Numbered from the stretch's first letter, positions 10,239 through 19,969 are shown. The stretch: DNA of 64,000 bases from Pseudomonadota bacterium (GCA_043797085.1 JAZDQA010000007.1:32001-96000), one strand, 5' to 3'. Numbers and translations: made by a program. The notes: generated by a model not told the origin, from the sequence alone.

Positions 10239-11514
10239 GGCCGGCGACAAATATTCCCAGATAATCGGCAAGACGATTGGGACACATAAAAAACATTATT
10301 TTGATTATACGGCATCGGGTCTAGCATACGAGCCTATCGAAGAGCGCATTCGCGAAGTCCTTGAAACGTATGCAAACACCCATTCCAAAGAGGCGTCAAT
10401 GGCGGCCAAGACGGACAGTTATTACCGTCAGGCACGCGAACATTTGAAAACGCTGTTAGAATTGGATGACGGATTCGCTATTATTCCTAGTGGATGTGGG
10501 GCGACGGCTGCGGTAAAGCGGTTGCAAGAAATTTTGGGATTGTATATTCCTCCTGCAACACGGGCACGTTATCTTGGGTTAGATACGGCAAAGTTACCGC
10601 TAGTCATCGTAGGACCGTATGAACATCATTCCAATGAAATCAGTTATCGCGAAGCCTTGTGTGAAACGATACGAATTGGTCTGAACGAGAATGGATTGGT
10701 GGATTTAGAAGAATTAGAATGGATATTACGAGCCAATAAAGATCGTGAAATCATCGGTACGTTTTGCATCGCCTCCAATGTGACGGGGACGATTACACCG
10801 TATGCTGAGATTTCGGTATTGCTACGCCGTTACGGTGCAACGGTTTGTTTTGACGCCGCCGCATCGTCACCGTATCGAAATATTCCGTGCGAACTGTATG
10901 ATGCGATGGTCTTTTCCCCGCATAAACTTCTCGGCGGTCCTGGATCGTGCGGATTACTTGCCATACGGAAAAATCTGTTTGATGGTGACCATTCTCCTAC
11001 GTTTGCAGGAGGAGGAACGGTGAGCTATGTGAGCCGTAAGAGCCACACGTTTGTCGATGAAATCGAAGATCGTGAGGATGCCGGAACCCCAGGGATTTTA
11101 CAATTGATTCGTGCGGCATTGTCGTATCAGCTGCGTAATGAATTGGGATTTGAGTGGATCGCATCATCAAAGAAAAAATTGCATTCACATCTCGTCAAAG
11201 AGCTTCGAACGATTCCGGGGGCAGAGTGTTATGGATGTCGAAATGCGGAAAATATCGGTATCGTGTCGTTTAATATTCATAATGTTGACCCTTACGCACT
11301 GTGTGCGTTTTTATCGGATGAAGAGGGATTTCAAACACGTGCGGGATGTTCGTGTGCGGGTCCTTATGGACACGATCTATTAGGGTTGGGGGATGATGAA
11401 CTGCTGGCTTTTAAACCGGGTTGGCTTCGTATCACTATCCATTATTCGCAGACGATTGAGGATGTAGATGCTCTGATCGATGCGATCAAAAAATCAATAA
11501 GGAGGCTCGAATGA
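10210..11514 (+). CDS. Class V PLP aminotransferase, cysteine desulfurase-like
   Basis: YFDYTAS, EHHSN, SPHKLLGG and RAGCSCAGPY. Start revised to ATG 10210. Confidence 0.88.
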   Translation: MSQLFRPLLEAGDKYSQIIGKTIGTHKKHYFDYTASGLAYEPIEERIREVLETYANTHSKEASMAAKTDSYYRQAREHLKTLLELDDGFAIIPSGCGATAAVKRLQEILGLYIPPATRARYLGLDTAKLPLVIVGPYEHHSNEISYREALCETIRIGLNENGLVDLEELEWILRANKDREIIGTFCIASNVTGTITPYAEISVLLRRYGATVCFDAAASSPYRNIPCELYDAMVFSPHKLLGGPGSCGLLAIRKNLFDGDHSPTFAGGGTVSYVSRKSHTFVDEIEDREDAGTPGILQLIRAALSYQLRNELGFEWIASSKKKLHSHLVKELRTIPGAECYGCRNAENIGIVSFNIHNVDPYALCAFLSDEEGFQTRAGCSCAGPYGHDLLGLGDDELLAFKPGWLRITIHYSQTIEDVDALIDAIKKSIRRLE

Positions 11515-12308
11515 AAACAAATGACAAAACGTTAGTAGACGAGTCTGCTGATGAAGTTACCCATAAGAAGGGAAAAGTATATCTTGTAGGCTGCGGACTA
11601 GGTGACGTCGAACTGCTGACACTCAAAGCTGCGCGGATTATCAAAGAAGCACCGGTGATTTTGTATGATCATCTCATCAGTGCTGAGATTTTAGTATTGA
11701 TTCCAAAAAAGAGTCAAAAAATTTACGTAGGGAAAGAAAAAAGCCGTCACAGTATTTCTCAAGAAGAGATCAATGCGTTGATTGTTACCTATGCGAACGA
11801 AGGATTGGATGTTGCCCGACTCAAAAGCGGCGATCCCTATATCTTCGGACGGGGCACGGAAGAGGCCCTTTATCTGATCGAACGAGGGTATGAAGTCGAT
11901 GTGATTCCCGGAATATCTTCTTCGGTAGCAGGGAGTGCCTGTGCAGGTATCCCACCAACCGCGCGAGGATATGCAGCAAGTTTTTCGGTGGTATCGGCAC
12001 ATCTGAAAAATTCGAAGTTTAACAATGACTGGCTTCCGCTCTTGTTACTGCCCAATCATACGACCGTTATCCTCATGGGGCTGAGTGTTGCAAGAGAGAT
12101 CAAAGAAGCTGCTTTGGCACTGGGAGTCAATGGCGATTTACCCGCCGCTATTGTTTCGAATGCATCGCGTCCGAATCAAAGGACGATCGTGACGACTCTG
12201 CAAAATCTCGAAGAAGCTGCAAGTGGGGCACAAAGCCCTGCGGTAATCGTCTTTGGAGATGTTGTTCATCTTCAGGGACGTTTGCCATCTTATTCAAACG
12301 GCCTATGA
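11511..12308 (+). CDS. cobA: Uroporphyrinogen-III C-methyltransferase (siroheme synthesis)
   Basis: VYLVGCGLGD, RLKSGDPYIFGRG and VIPGISS. Confidence 0.92.
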   Translation: MKTNDKTLVDESADEVTHKKGKVYLVGCGLGDVELLTLKAARIIKEAPVILYDHLISAEILVLIPKKSQKIYVGKEKSRHSISQEEINALIVTYANEGLDVARLKSGDPYIFGRGTEEALYLIERGYEVDVIPGISSSVAGSACAGIPPTARGYAASFSVVSAHLKNSKFNNDWLPLLLLPNHTTVILMGLSVAREIKEAALALGVNGDLPAAIVSNASRPNQRTIVTTLQNLEEAASGAQSPAVIVFGDVVHLQGRLPSYSNGL

Positions 12309-13058
12309 TTCGATGTAGTAACCAAGCCCCATGGCATTCTTAACCATGGCAACCGGCAGTTTCTTATTCAGTCTCCACATCAGTGTCCGTACATCATTGT
12401 GCGACTGATGCGCACTTCCCCACACAAAACGGATAATCTGATCAAAGTTCACAATACTTCCTACCTGAGCGATTAAAAGAGACATAAGTGCCCGCTCTTT
12501 TCTCGTCATTTTAATTTCAGCATTTTTATACAAAAGAGTAAAGTCTTTGACTTTGAATTGATAACAATTGCACAGATCGACCGTAGAAGTGTTGGAGTGT
12601 AAATTAAAAACTTTCATCTTTAATTCGTCATATTCCAGATGAAGCTGCTGCATGATACTGTTAGAAACTTTATGCTTTTTAAAACAGTGCAACGCACATT
12701 GAAGAGATGTATGCAAATTGATAGGCTCAAAAGGTTGGACTAGATAACAATACGGATGAGTCTTTTGTGCTTTAAAAAGAGTTGCATCATCTCCACTATT
12801 GCTAAGATAGATAAAAGGTACCTTTCCCTGCTTATCCAAAAAACGCCCTAAAGATAGACTCTCATTGGGCGAGAGAGGATCAATTTGGATAAGTACAACA
12901 TCTGGATTGTAGTCTCTAAGTGAGTTTTCCAGATTTTTCGTTGTAGCTGAACTAAAAAAAAGCTGATAACCATAGGAATCAAGAGAATGCTGTAACGATA
13001 AAACCTCTGTTTCGTTGTCCCCTACTACAAGAACGTTCGTGTTGCTCAAAATATCCAT
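12303..13058 (-). CDS. Atypical response regulator (pseudo-receiver + OmpR-type winged helix)
   Basis: REC-like N-terminus with DVVLIQ and YLVQPF; winged-helix C-terminus (MTRKE..VRTLMWRLNKKL..GLGY). Confidence 0.8.
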   Translation of the reverse strand: MDILSNTNVLVVGDNETEVLSLQHSLDSYGYQLFFSSATTKNLENSLRDYNPDVVLIQIDPLSPNESLSLGRFLDKQGKVPFIYLSNSGDDATLFKAQKTHPYCYLVQPFEPINLHTSLQCALHCFKKHKVSNSIMQQLHLEYDELKMKVFNLHSNTSTVDLCNCYQFKVKDFTLLYKNAEIKMTRKERALMSLLIAQVGSIVNFDQIIRFVWGSAHQSHNDVRTLMWRLNKKLPVAMVKNAMGLGYYIES

Positions 13059-13102
13059 ACTGCTATAACCTTGAAAAATTGTCTTAATGAGTTTGATATG
13101 AA

Positions 13103-13131
13103 ATTATAGTGAATGATCGTTCATTTGTCAA
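13103..13131 (-). promoter_or_regulatory. Consensus sigma70 promoter TTGACA-17bp-TATAAT with palindrome TGAATGATCGTTCA (13110-13123) in its spacer
   Basis: tgtcaa at 13126-13131 and attata at 13103-13108 are the minus-strand -35 and -10, upstream of the 13058 start. Confidence 0.75.
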
Positions 13132-13229
13132 TGAATCAGCTATGTTTTAGTAGTATCGAAAGCATTTAATTTCATTTTTGCTATTGTTTTTTTAAGAGTA
13201 GCGGTATAGAATGCTGTAATGATTTGAAG

Positions 13230-13243
13230 TGAATATAGGTTCA
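13230..13243. promoter_or_regulatory. Palindrome TGAATATAGGTTCA upstream of tetR (candidate autoregulatory operator)
   Basis: Matches TGAAT-N4-RTTCA; lies between a TAGAAT -10-like hexamer and the start codon. Confidence 0.55.
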
Positions 13244-13284
13244 TTCCATAAGTGATAAAAACGTGATAGAAAGCAGACACTAAA

Positions 13285-13899
13285 ATGAAAAATATTCCAG
13301 AAAAACCCGCCACGACAAAAAAAGAAGATCGTAAAACATCCATAATGCAAACAGCGTTAAAGCTTTTCTCCACAGAAGGGTTTTATACGACAACGATGCC
13401 AGCCATTGCTAAAACATTGGGGATGAGTGTTGGAAATTTTTATAATTATTTTGCTTCAAAAGATCAGCTGGCAAAAGAGTTAATGCTGTACATTTCTACC
13501 GTTTTAGGCGATAAACTACGAGAAATCAACATGACGGATGCATCGGTAAAAGAAAAAATCACGATGATTGTTCACATGTATTTTAGCATCGCACGGGAGC
13601 GTCCTGAGCTTATCGAATATTTTTTACGTGTTTTTCTTTCCAATCGGGAAATATTTACAAAAGAGTGTACCGGAATGGTATGTGTCTCCGGTTTTGTAAC
13701 AGAGTTGATGCTGTTTTTTGACGATGGAGTACAAAGCGGAGAGTTAAAAGATCAGGATTTCTTTAGTGCTTTGGGACTCTTTATGGGATATTTGGGGGGA
13801 ATGGTCTTTTTAAACGGGGAAGAGGTTCTCACACATCCATTGGGTGAATACGAAACCGCCATAGCAGAGAACATCTACAATGCTCTGCGAAAACAATGA
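13285..13899 (+). CDS. TetR/AcrR-family transcriptional regulator
   Basis: IMQTALKLFSTEGF..IAKTLGMSVGNFYNYFASKDQL HTH; ATGA overlap with the hydrogenase small subunit gene. Confidence 0.93.
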   Translation: MKNIPEKPATTKKEDRKTSIMQTALKLFSTEGFYTTTMPAIAKTLGMSVGNFYNYFASKDQLAKELMLYISTVLGDKLREINMTDASVKEKITMIVHMYFSIARERPELIEYFLRVFLSNREIFTKECTGMVCVSGFVTELMLFFDDGVQSGELKDQDFFSALGLFMGYLGGMVFLNGEEVLTHPLGEYETAIAENIYNALRKQ

Positions 13900-14780
13900 A
13901 GCCACGGATCAAAGTTTTATGGCTCCAAGGGGTGACCTGCAACGGTAACACCCACTCTTTTTTGAATTATCCTCATCTCTCTTACCTCCTCGAAACGTTT
14001 GAATTTCTCTATCATTCTCTTTTGCCCTGTACCTATACGCTCAAAGAGATTTCGACCTGCGCGCATACCTGTGATATTCTCATTTTTGAGGGAGCGTATG
14101 ACCCTCGTATGGAGCGTGTAGGGACGAGTTTGGAAACATTGGTTCACCATTATGGAAACCATGCGCAGTATGTGATAGCAGCCGGAAGCTGTGCGAGTTT
14201 CGGGGGGATGTTTAAACACAGTGATCCTGAACATATTACGGGACTTGGCTTTGATGAAAAAGAGCCAAAAGGTCCTCTCGCAAACAGTCCAAAGCTGATT
14301 AATCTCTCAGGCTGTCCGATCCATCCGGAGTGGATGGGATATACCCTTCGTATGATTGCGGATAAGAAACCCATAGCAGTGGATGAGTTGCATCGCCCCA
14401 AAGAGCTTTATTCCTATTTGGCGCATCATGGATGTACTCGAAATGAATATTTTGAATGGAAGGTCGATTCAAAATATTTTGGTACCAAAGAGGGGTGTTT
14501 GTTTTACAAGCAAGGATGCCGTGGTCCGATGACGCATGCTTCGTGTAATAAAATATTGTGGAATGACGTGAGTTCTAAAACGCGAGCAGGAACTCCTTGT
14601 TTTGGGTGTACGGAACCTGATTTTCCGCGAGTTAATATGTTTGATACCAAAACCAATATGTCGATTCCACAGGATGTTCCGGTGGGGATTTCCAAGCGAA
14701 GTTATTTAACCATGGCGGGTATCGCAAAATCATTTCACATACCGCGCTTAGAGAAGAGGCTGATCGATGATGACGCGTAA
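13896..14780 (+). CDS. [NiFe]-hydrogenase small subunit, cytoplasmic group 2-type (no Tat signal)
   Basis: WLQGVTCNGN, GSCASFGG, GCPIHP, HHGCTRNEY, GCLF..GCRGP and PCFGC. Confidence 0.9.
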   Translation: MKPRIKVLWLQGVTCNGNTHSFLNYPHLSYLLETFEFLYHSLLPCTYTLKEISTCAHTCDILIFEGAYDPRMERVGTSLETLVHHYGNHAQYVIAAGSCASFGGMFKHSDPEHITGLGFDEKEPKGPLANSPKLINLSGCPIHPEWMGYTLRMIADKKPIAVDELHRPKELYSYLAHHGCTRNEYFEWKVDSKYFGTKEGCLFYKQGCRGPMTHASCNKILWNDVSSKTRAGTPCFGCTEPDFPRVNMFDTKTNMSIPQDVPVGISKRSYLTMAGIAKSFHIPRLEKRLIDDDA

Positions 14781-16074
14781 ATGGATCGAACGGATTGAAG
14801 GAGAAGCTTCGATTGGATTTGAATTTGAAGAGAATAAAGTCTCTTTTGCCAGCATTGCTTTTCCCCATTTTCGAGGGATGGAGGCGATTTTACAGTCAAA
14901 ACCTGCTATGGATGCGCTGGTGATTACTCCTCGCGTCTGCGGGATATGCGGACATTCGCATTTGTTTGCGGCAGTTCGAGCCATCGAATCGGTGTATGCC
15001 AACAGCGGTTTTCCTCTCGAAATATCTCCTAAAGCCCAAATCTTGCGAGAACTTACCCTCTCGCTGGAGCTGATACAAAATCACTTTAAATGGCTTTATA
15101 TGGTGATTTATCCGGAATTGTCTCATTTGCTTCAACGTCCTATTGCTGATTCGTGTCGGCTTAAGGGTGCGTATGCGGCATCTCTTGCGACCAAAATACT
15201 CGCTATTTTCGCCGGACAATGGCCTCACTCCTCGTACATGATACCCGGAGGCGTGACGTGCGATCCTACGTATGTTGATACGATGCGTGCGATGGCGTTG
15301 CTGGATGAACTGGTTCGATGGTTTGAAAAAGAGCTGATCGGTATTTCACTGGCGGAGTATCTCAATATATCCTCTGCAAAAGATCTTTCTTATGTAAATG
15401 GCGATATGCGCGACATCGATAAAATGCTTCGTACTGCCAAGATGCATAAACAGGGTTTTTCGTATGATCGCTATATGGTGTTAGGAAATCATGGATTTTC
15501 TAATCCTTCAAAATATATGAACCGACGGATGGCAAAAGTCAATCCACAATTGGTAACGCTGGAAGATCCTTATACCGTGGATGAAAAAACCTACGCTAAA
15601 AATGCTCTTTATCAAAATAACGCGTTTGAAACCGGTCCATTAGCACGTGCCATTACCAATGGAGTCCCATTTATCAAACATCTGCACCGCAGTTTTCGCG
15701 ACAGTACTTATACTCGTATCATGGCAAGAAGTTACGAAACAGCGCTGCTTTTGAATCATTGTAAAACGCTTTTGCACTCGATAAAGATAGATGAACCGTC
15801 GTTTATTGAACCCCACAAAAAAATCACTTCCCTCAGCGGAGAGGGTATGGGCATTGTCGAAGCACCAAGAGGTCCATTGATCCATAAAGTGACGCTAAAC
15901 AAGGGGATAATCGATCACTATACCCTGATAACACCCACCCAATGGAATCTTTCATGCGGTTCCCCTCAAACCCCAGGACCTGCTCAAAAAGCCATGATAG
16001 GGGCGGATTCTATCGAGACTGCGACGTTTACTTTTCGGTCATTTGATGTTTGTTCGGTTTGTACGACGCACTAA
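14767..16074 (+). CDS. [NiFe]-hydrogenase large subunit, group 2-type (probably 2d), no C-terminal extension
   Basis: L1 motif PRVCGICGHSH; L2 motif SFDVCSVCTTH followed directly by the stop codon. Confidence 0.9.
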   Translation: MMTRKWIERIEGEASIGFEFEENKVSFASIAFPHFRGMEAILQSKPAMDALVITPRVCGICGHSHLFAAVRAIESVYANSGFPLEISPKAQILRELTLSLELIQNHFKWLYMVIYPELSHLLQRPIADSCRLKGAYAASLATKILAIFAGQWPHSSYMIPGGVTCDPTYVDTMRAMALLDELVRWFEKELIGISLAEYLNISSAKDLSYVNGDMRDIDKMLRTAKMHKQGFSYDRYMVLGNHGFSNPSKYMNRRMAKVNPQLVTLEDPYTVDEKTYAKNALYQNNAFETGPLARAITNGVPFIKHLHRSFRDSTYTRIMARSYETALLLNHCKTLLHSIKIDEPSFIEPHKKITSLSGEGMGIVEAPRGPLIHKVTLNKGIIDHYTLITPTQWNLSCGSPQTPGPAQKAMIGADSIETATFTFRSFDVCSVCTTH

Positions 16075-16110
16075 ATTAAATTGCAAATTGTAGCCACTAA
16101 AAGATTTATC

Positions 16111-16186
16111 CTCGTTCCCACTCTCCTGAGTGGGAATGCATACAAGCGTAAAAACAAACGCTCCAACTCAGGAGAGTAGGAGCGAG
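16111..16186. repeat. REP doublet (inverted pair of 28-bp palindromic units)
   Basis: CTCGTTCCCACTCTCCTGAGTGGGAATG (16111-16138) matches an inverted copy at 16159-16186 at 23/28 positions; each unit is itself a hairpin. Confidence 0.85.
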
Positions 16187-16209
16187 AAGTATTTCAAAAA
16201 GGTATTAAG

Positions 16210-16803
16210 ATGATTACCAACAACATGGACGTATTCGCCGAGAAATTCGAGGGCGTTGATCTGCACGGCAAAAAGATTACCAAAGCCGAATTCGATGACT
16301 GCACCTTCGTCTCGTGCGATTTTAGCGAAACCTTTTTTTCTTCTTGTAAATTTACCGAATGCCGTTTCGAAAACTGCAATCTGAGTGTGATGAAACTGAC
16401 GAACACCAAAATGAGCGATGTTGAGTTTGTCTCGTGCAAGATGATCGGGATCGATTGGACGATGGCGGATTGGAAGAGTTTACTCAATGCCGATCCCTTG
16501 CGTTTTCGGGAATGTATCCTCAATGATAGCAATTTTTTCGGTCTGAACTTGGAAGGGTTGGTTATGCGGGAGTGCCGAGCCAAAGAGGTTGATTTTCGCA
16601 ATGGGTCGTTTCAAAAAGCCGATTTTACCCTGAGCGATTTCAAAGGGGCGCTGTTCGGGAATACCCATCTCGAAGGGGCGAACTTTACCGACTCCTCGAA
16701 CACCTCTATCGATGTGCGCTCCAACCATCTTAAGGGGGCTATTTTCAACCGTTATGAGGCACTGTTTCTCCTCGAATCGATGGGGATAATATTAGTAGAT
16801 TAA
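16210..16803 (+). CDS. Pentapeptide repeat protein
   Basis: Tandem five-residue repeats with F/L periodicity (AEFDD CTFVS CDFSE TFFSS CKFTE CRFEN CNLS). Confidence 0.9.
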   Translation: MITNNMDVFAEKFEGVDLHGKKITKAEFDDCTFVSCDFSETFFSSCKFTECRFENCNLSVMKLTNTKMSDVEFVSCKMIGIDWTMADWKSLLNADPLRFRECILNDSNFFGLNLEGLVMRECRAKEVDFRNGSFQKADFTLSDFKGALFGNTHLEGANFTDSSNTSIDVRSNHLKGAIFNRYEALFLLESMGIILVD

Positions 16804-16918
16804 ATATCTCTTCTCCGTCTTATTTCTCCTTTTTTGTCCTATAATTAAACAAGAAATAAAGAATTTCAATTAAATCTTATCTTTTAAATATTCGTTTAAG
16901 TTATTTCGCCGTACTATA

Positions 16919-16932
16919 TGAATGATTATTCA
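16919..16932. promoter_or_regulatory. Palindrome TGAATGATTATTCA upstream of hydA
   Basis: Directly downstream of a TACTAT -10-like box (16912-16917); identical 14-mer at 32014. Confidence 0.7.
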
Positions 16933-16952
16933 TTAATAAGGGGGAAAGGATT

Positions 16953-18191
16953 ATGTCCGATAGAGTTGAAGCGGTTAAAAAACTGTTTACGTCGAAAAGC
17001 TCGCGTGTCGAAACGAACAAAGGCGATACTTATTATCAAGAGTTGTTTGTTCGATGTGAAGCACGACTGAACGAACTGCGTGCGAATACACCTGCAAATA
17101 GATTAGATTTTGCGGATCTTTTAGAAGAAAACGGAATAGACAGACGAGAGTTTATGAAATGGGCGAGTGCTACGACAGCTATGTTGATGCTTCCTCCTAT
17201 GTTTACGCCATTGATTGCGGATGCGGCAGTGATGATGAATCGCGCACCGGTTATTTGGCTCGAACTTCAAGACTGTGCGGGTAATTCTGAAGCGCTTTTA
17301 CGTGCAGATGGACCGAAAATCGATGAAATCGTACTGGATATCATCTCACTGGAATACCATGAGACGTTGCAAGCAGCATCCGGTCATCAAGCTGAAAAAC
17401 AGCTAGAAGAAGCGATGGAGCATTTCAAAGGTAAATATATTTTATTCGTAGAGGGCTCAATCCCTATGGGGATGGACGGTCAATACGGAACCATCGGCGC
17501 AAGCGGTGAAACATTCCATGACCATTTAGTCCGTTGTGCTGCGAATGCTGCTGCGGTTGTTGCAGTTGGTAGCTGTGCGACGTTTGGCGGTGTTCCTGCT
17601 GCTTCTCCAAATCCTACGGGTGCAGTGGGAGTAATGGACGTTGTTAAAAACAAGCCGATTATCAATATCCCTGCCTGTCCTGCCAATCCTGCCAATATGG
17701 TTGGAGTAATCTTGCATTATCTTTTGACGGGTCAAGTTCCTGAACTGGATTCATTGTTACGTCCTAAGTTTGCGTTTGGGTATCGTATCCATGACAACTG
17801 TGAACGCCGTGCTCACTTCGATGCGGGTGAATACGTGGAAGAGTGGGGCGATACAGCTGCACAAAATAATTTTTGTCTCTATAAAATGGGGTGCAAAGGT
17901 CCTATGACGTTTAACAACTGTTCTATCGTGCGCTATAACGAAGCGGTCAACTGGCCAATCGGAGTAGGACGCGGTTGTATCGGTTGTTCAGAACCTGATT
18001 TTTGGGATAAATACGCGCATGAGCGCCCTATGGCGGATGCGAAAATCAAAGCACCTACGGGTGGTGTTGAAAAAACGGTTGACGAATTTGGTTTGGGCAT
18101 GTTGACTGCAGCGGGAATCGGGATTACGATCCATGCAGCAGCCAGTGCGGTAGCCGGTAAACGAGAAAAATCAGGAGAGAGCCATGAGTAA
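16953..18191 (+). CDS. hydA: Membrane-bound uptake [NiFe]-hydrogenase small subunit (group 1b), Tat signal
   Basis: DRREFMK Tat motif, QDCAGNSE, HDNCERR, CLYKMGCKGP, GCIGC and a C-terminal membrane anchor. Confidence 0.94.
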   Translation: MSDRVEAVKKLFTSKSSRVETNKGDTYYQELFVRCEARLNELRANTPANRLDFADLLEENGIDRREFMKWASATTAMLMLPPMFTPLIADAAVMMNRAPVIWLELQDCAGNSEALLRADGPKIDEIVLDIISLEYHETLQAASGHQAEKQLEEAMEHFKGKYILFVEGSIPMGMDGQYGTIGASGETFHDHLVRCAANAAAVVAVGSCATFGGVPAASPNPTGAVGVMDVVKNKPIINIPACPANPANMVGVILHYLLTGQVPELDSLLRPKFAFGYRIHDNCERRAHFDAGEYVEEWGDTAAQNNFCLYKMGCKGPMTFNNCSIVRYNEAVNWPIGVGRGCIGCSEPDFWDKYAHERPMADAKIKAPTGGVEKTVDEFGLGMLTAAGIGITIHAAASAVAGKREKSGESHE

Positions 18192-19959
18192 GCATATTGT
18201 AGTTGACCCCATTACCCGTATCGAAGGGCATTTGCGCATCGAAGCGGTTATCGATGATAATAACACGATTGTGGATGCTTACAGCGCATCGACAATGTTC
18301 CGTGGGATTGAAACGATTTTGCAAGGGCGTGACCCACGTGACTGTGGACTTTTGGCAATGCGTATTTGCGGTGTTTGTACGGGGACGCACTATCAGCGCT
18401 CGATCGAAGCCGTTGAGGATGCGTTTAACATCACCATCCCTAAAAATGCTCGTTTGGTACGTAATTTGATTCAAGGTGCTTTGTATGTGCATGACCATGT
18501 CGTTCACTTTTATCATCTTCATGCACTTGATTTCGTGGATGTTGTTTCCGCTCTTTCGGCAGATCCTGCAAAAACTGCTGCAGAAGCACGAAAATGGGCA
18601 ACGGTTGCCGGCGAAACACCTTTTACCGATGGTGAAAGCGAATTTAAAGCGATCCAAGATCGTGTGGCAAAATTTGTAAAACAAGGTCGTTTGGGAATTT
18701 TCGGAAACGGATATTGGGGCAATCCTCACTATAAATTGACTCCGGAACAAAACCTTATCGGGGTTGCTCACTATTTGCAAGCGTTGGATATTCAGCGTGA
18801 TATGGCGAAAATGCAGGCGATTTTGGGCGGTAAAAATCCTCATCCTCAAAGCATTGTAGTTGGCGGGGTAACGTGTGTTCAGGATATTCAAAATCCTGCT
18901 CGTTTGGCACTGTTCAAATCGCTTCTTTTGGAAGGGCGTAAATTTGTCAAGCAGGCGTATTTACCTGACGTTTATATGGCGGGGACAATGTACGCAGGCG
19001 AGGCAACGGACTCTAAAGCAACATTTACCGAACTTATGGGCGGCAAAGGGGTTGGCGGAACCGGCGGCGGATTGCTCAACTACATGAGTTACGGTGATTT
19101 CCGTCTCGATGATACCGGTTTTTACAAATCGGCACTTCTCTTCCCAAGCGGAGTTGTGATGAATGGAGATGTTTCTAAAGTTCTTCCGTTGGATGAAGAA
19201 AAAATCGTTGAAGATGTGACGCACGCATGGTACAAAGGGGACAAACCTCTCCATCCGTATGACGGGCAGACGATTCCTGAATATACCGGTTTGGATAAAC
19301 GTGCCGATGGTATCGCGTATCTTAAAACCAAAGAAAAATACAGCTGGATCAAATCACCGATTTACAATGATTCTCGCGTTGAAGTAGGACCGTTGGCACG
19401 TATGGTTATCGGTGTTGCAGCAAAAGATGAGCGTATTACAAAATACGTCACCAACTTCTTGACGCGAGGGAATCTCCCGATTGCGGTGTTGTTTAGTACG
19501 GTTGGACGTACAGCGGCACGTGCTATCGAGACGGAATTAATGGCAGATGTCATGGTGGAATGGATCGATGAACTGGCTAAAAATGTTGCATCTGGAGATA
19601 AAAGCACATGGACAGAGTTTGACTTTGATGCAGTGAGCGTCAGTGCAAAAGGTCGCGGGATGGCAGAAGCTCCTCGTGGAGCACTGGGTCACTGGGTTCG
19701 TATTGAAAACGGAAAAGTAGCCAACTATCAAGCCGTCGTCCCCTCAACATGGAATGCCGCTCCGCGTGACCACAAAGGGCGTTTAGGTGCGTATGAAGCA
19801 AGTTTGATCGGAACCAAAGTTGCCAATCCTGAGCAACCGCTTGAGATTATACGTACCATTCACAGTTTTGACCCTTGTATCGCATGTGCGGTTCACGTTG
19901 TCGATACCAAAGGTAAAGAGCTTGCTGTTTACAAAGTAGATACTGTTTGCAGTATTTAA
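18184..19959 (+). CDS. hydB: Uptake [NiFe]-hydrogenase large subunit (group 1b)
   Basis: DPITRIEGH, RICGVC and DPCIACAVH with a cleavable C-terminal extension. Confidence 0.96.
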   Translation: MSKHIVVDPITRIEGHLRIEAVIDDNNTIVDAYSASTMFRGIETILQGRDPRDCGLLAMRICGVCTGTHYQRSIEAVEDAFNITIPKNARLVRNLIQGALYVHDHVVHFYHLHALDFVDVVSALSADPAKTAAEARKWATVAGETPFTDGESEFKAIQDRVAKFVKQGRLGIFGNGYWGNPHYKLTPEQNLIGVAHYLQALDIQRDMAKMQAILGGKNPHPQSIVVGGVTCVQDIQNPARLALFKSLLLEGRKFVKQAYLPDVYMAGTMYAGEATDSKATFTELMGGKGVGGTGGGLLNYMSYGDFRLDDTGFYKSALLFPSGVVMNGDVSKVLPLDEEKIVEDVTHAWYKGDKPLHPYDGQTIPEYTGLDKRADGIAYLKTKEKYSWIKSPIYNDSRVEVGPLARMVIGVAAKDERITKYVTNFLTRGNLPIAVLFSTVGRTAARAIETELMADVMVEWIDELAKNVASGDKSTWTEFDFDAVSVSAKGRGMAEAPRGALGHWVRIENGKVANYQAVVPSTWNAAPRDHKGRLGAYEASLIGTKVANPEQPLEIIRTIHSFDPCIACAVHVVDTKGKELAVYKVDTVCSI

Positions 19960-19969
19960 GGAGCCAATC

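Noticed and set aside
16210..16803. Qnr quinolone-resistance call
   Set aside because: Pentapeptide periodicity alone does not support it; a phylogeny would be needed.
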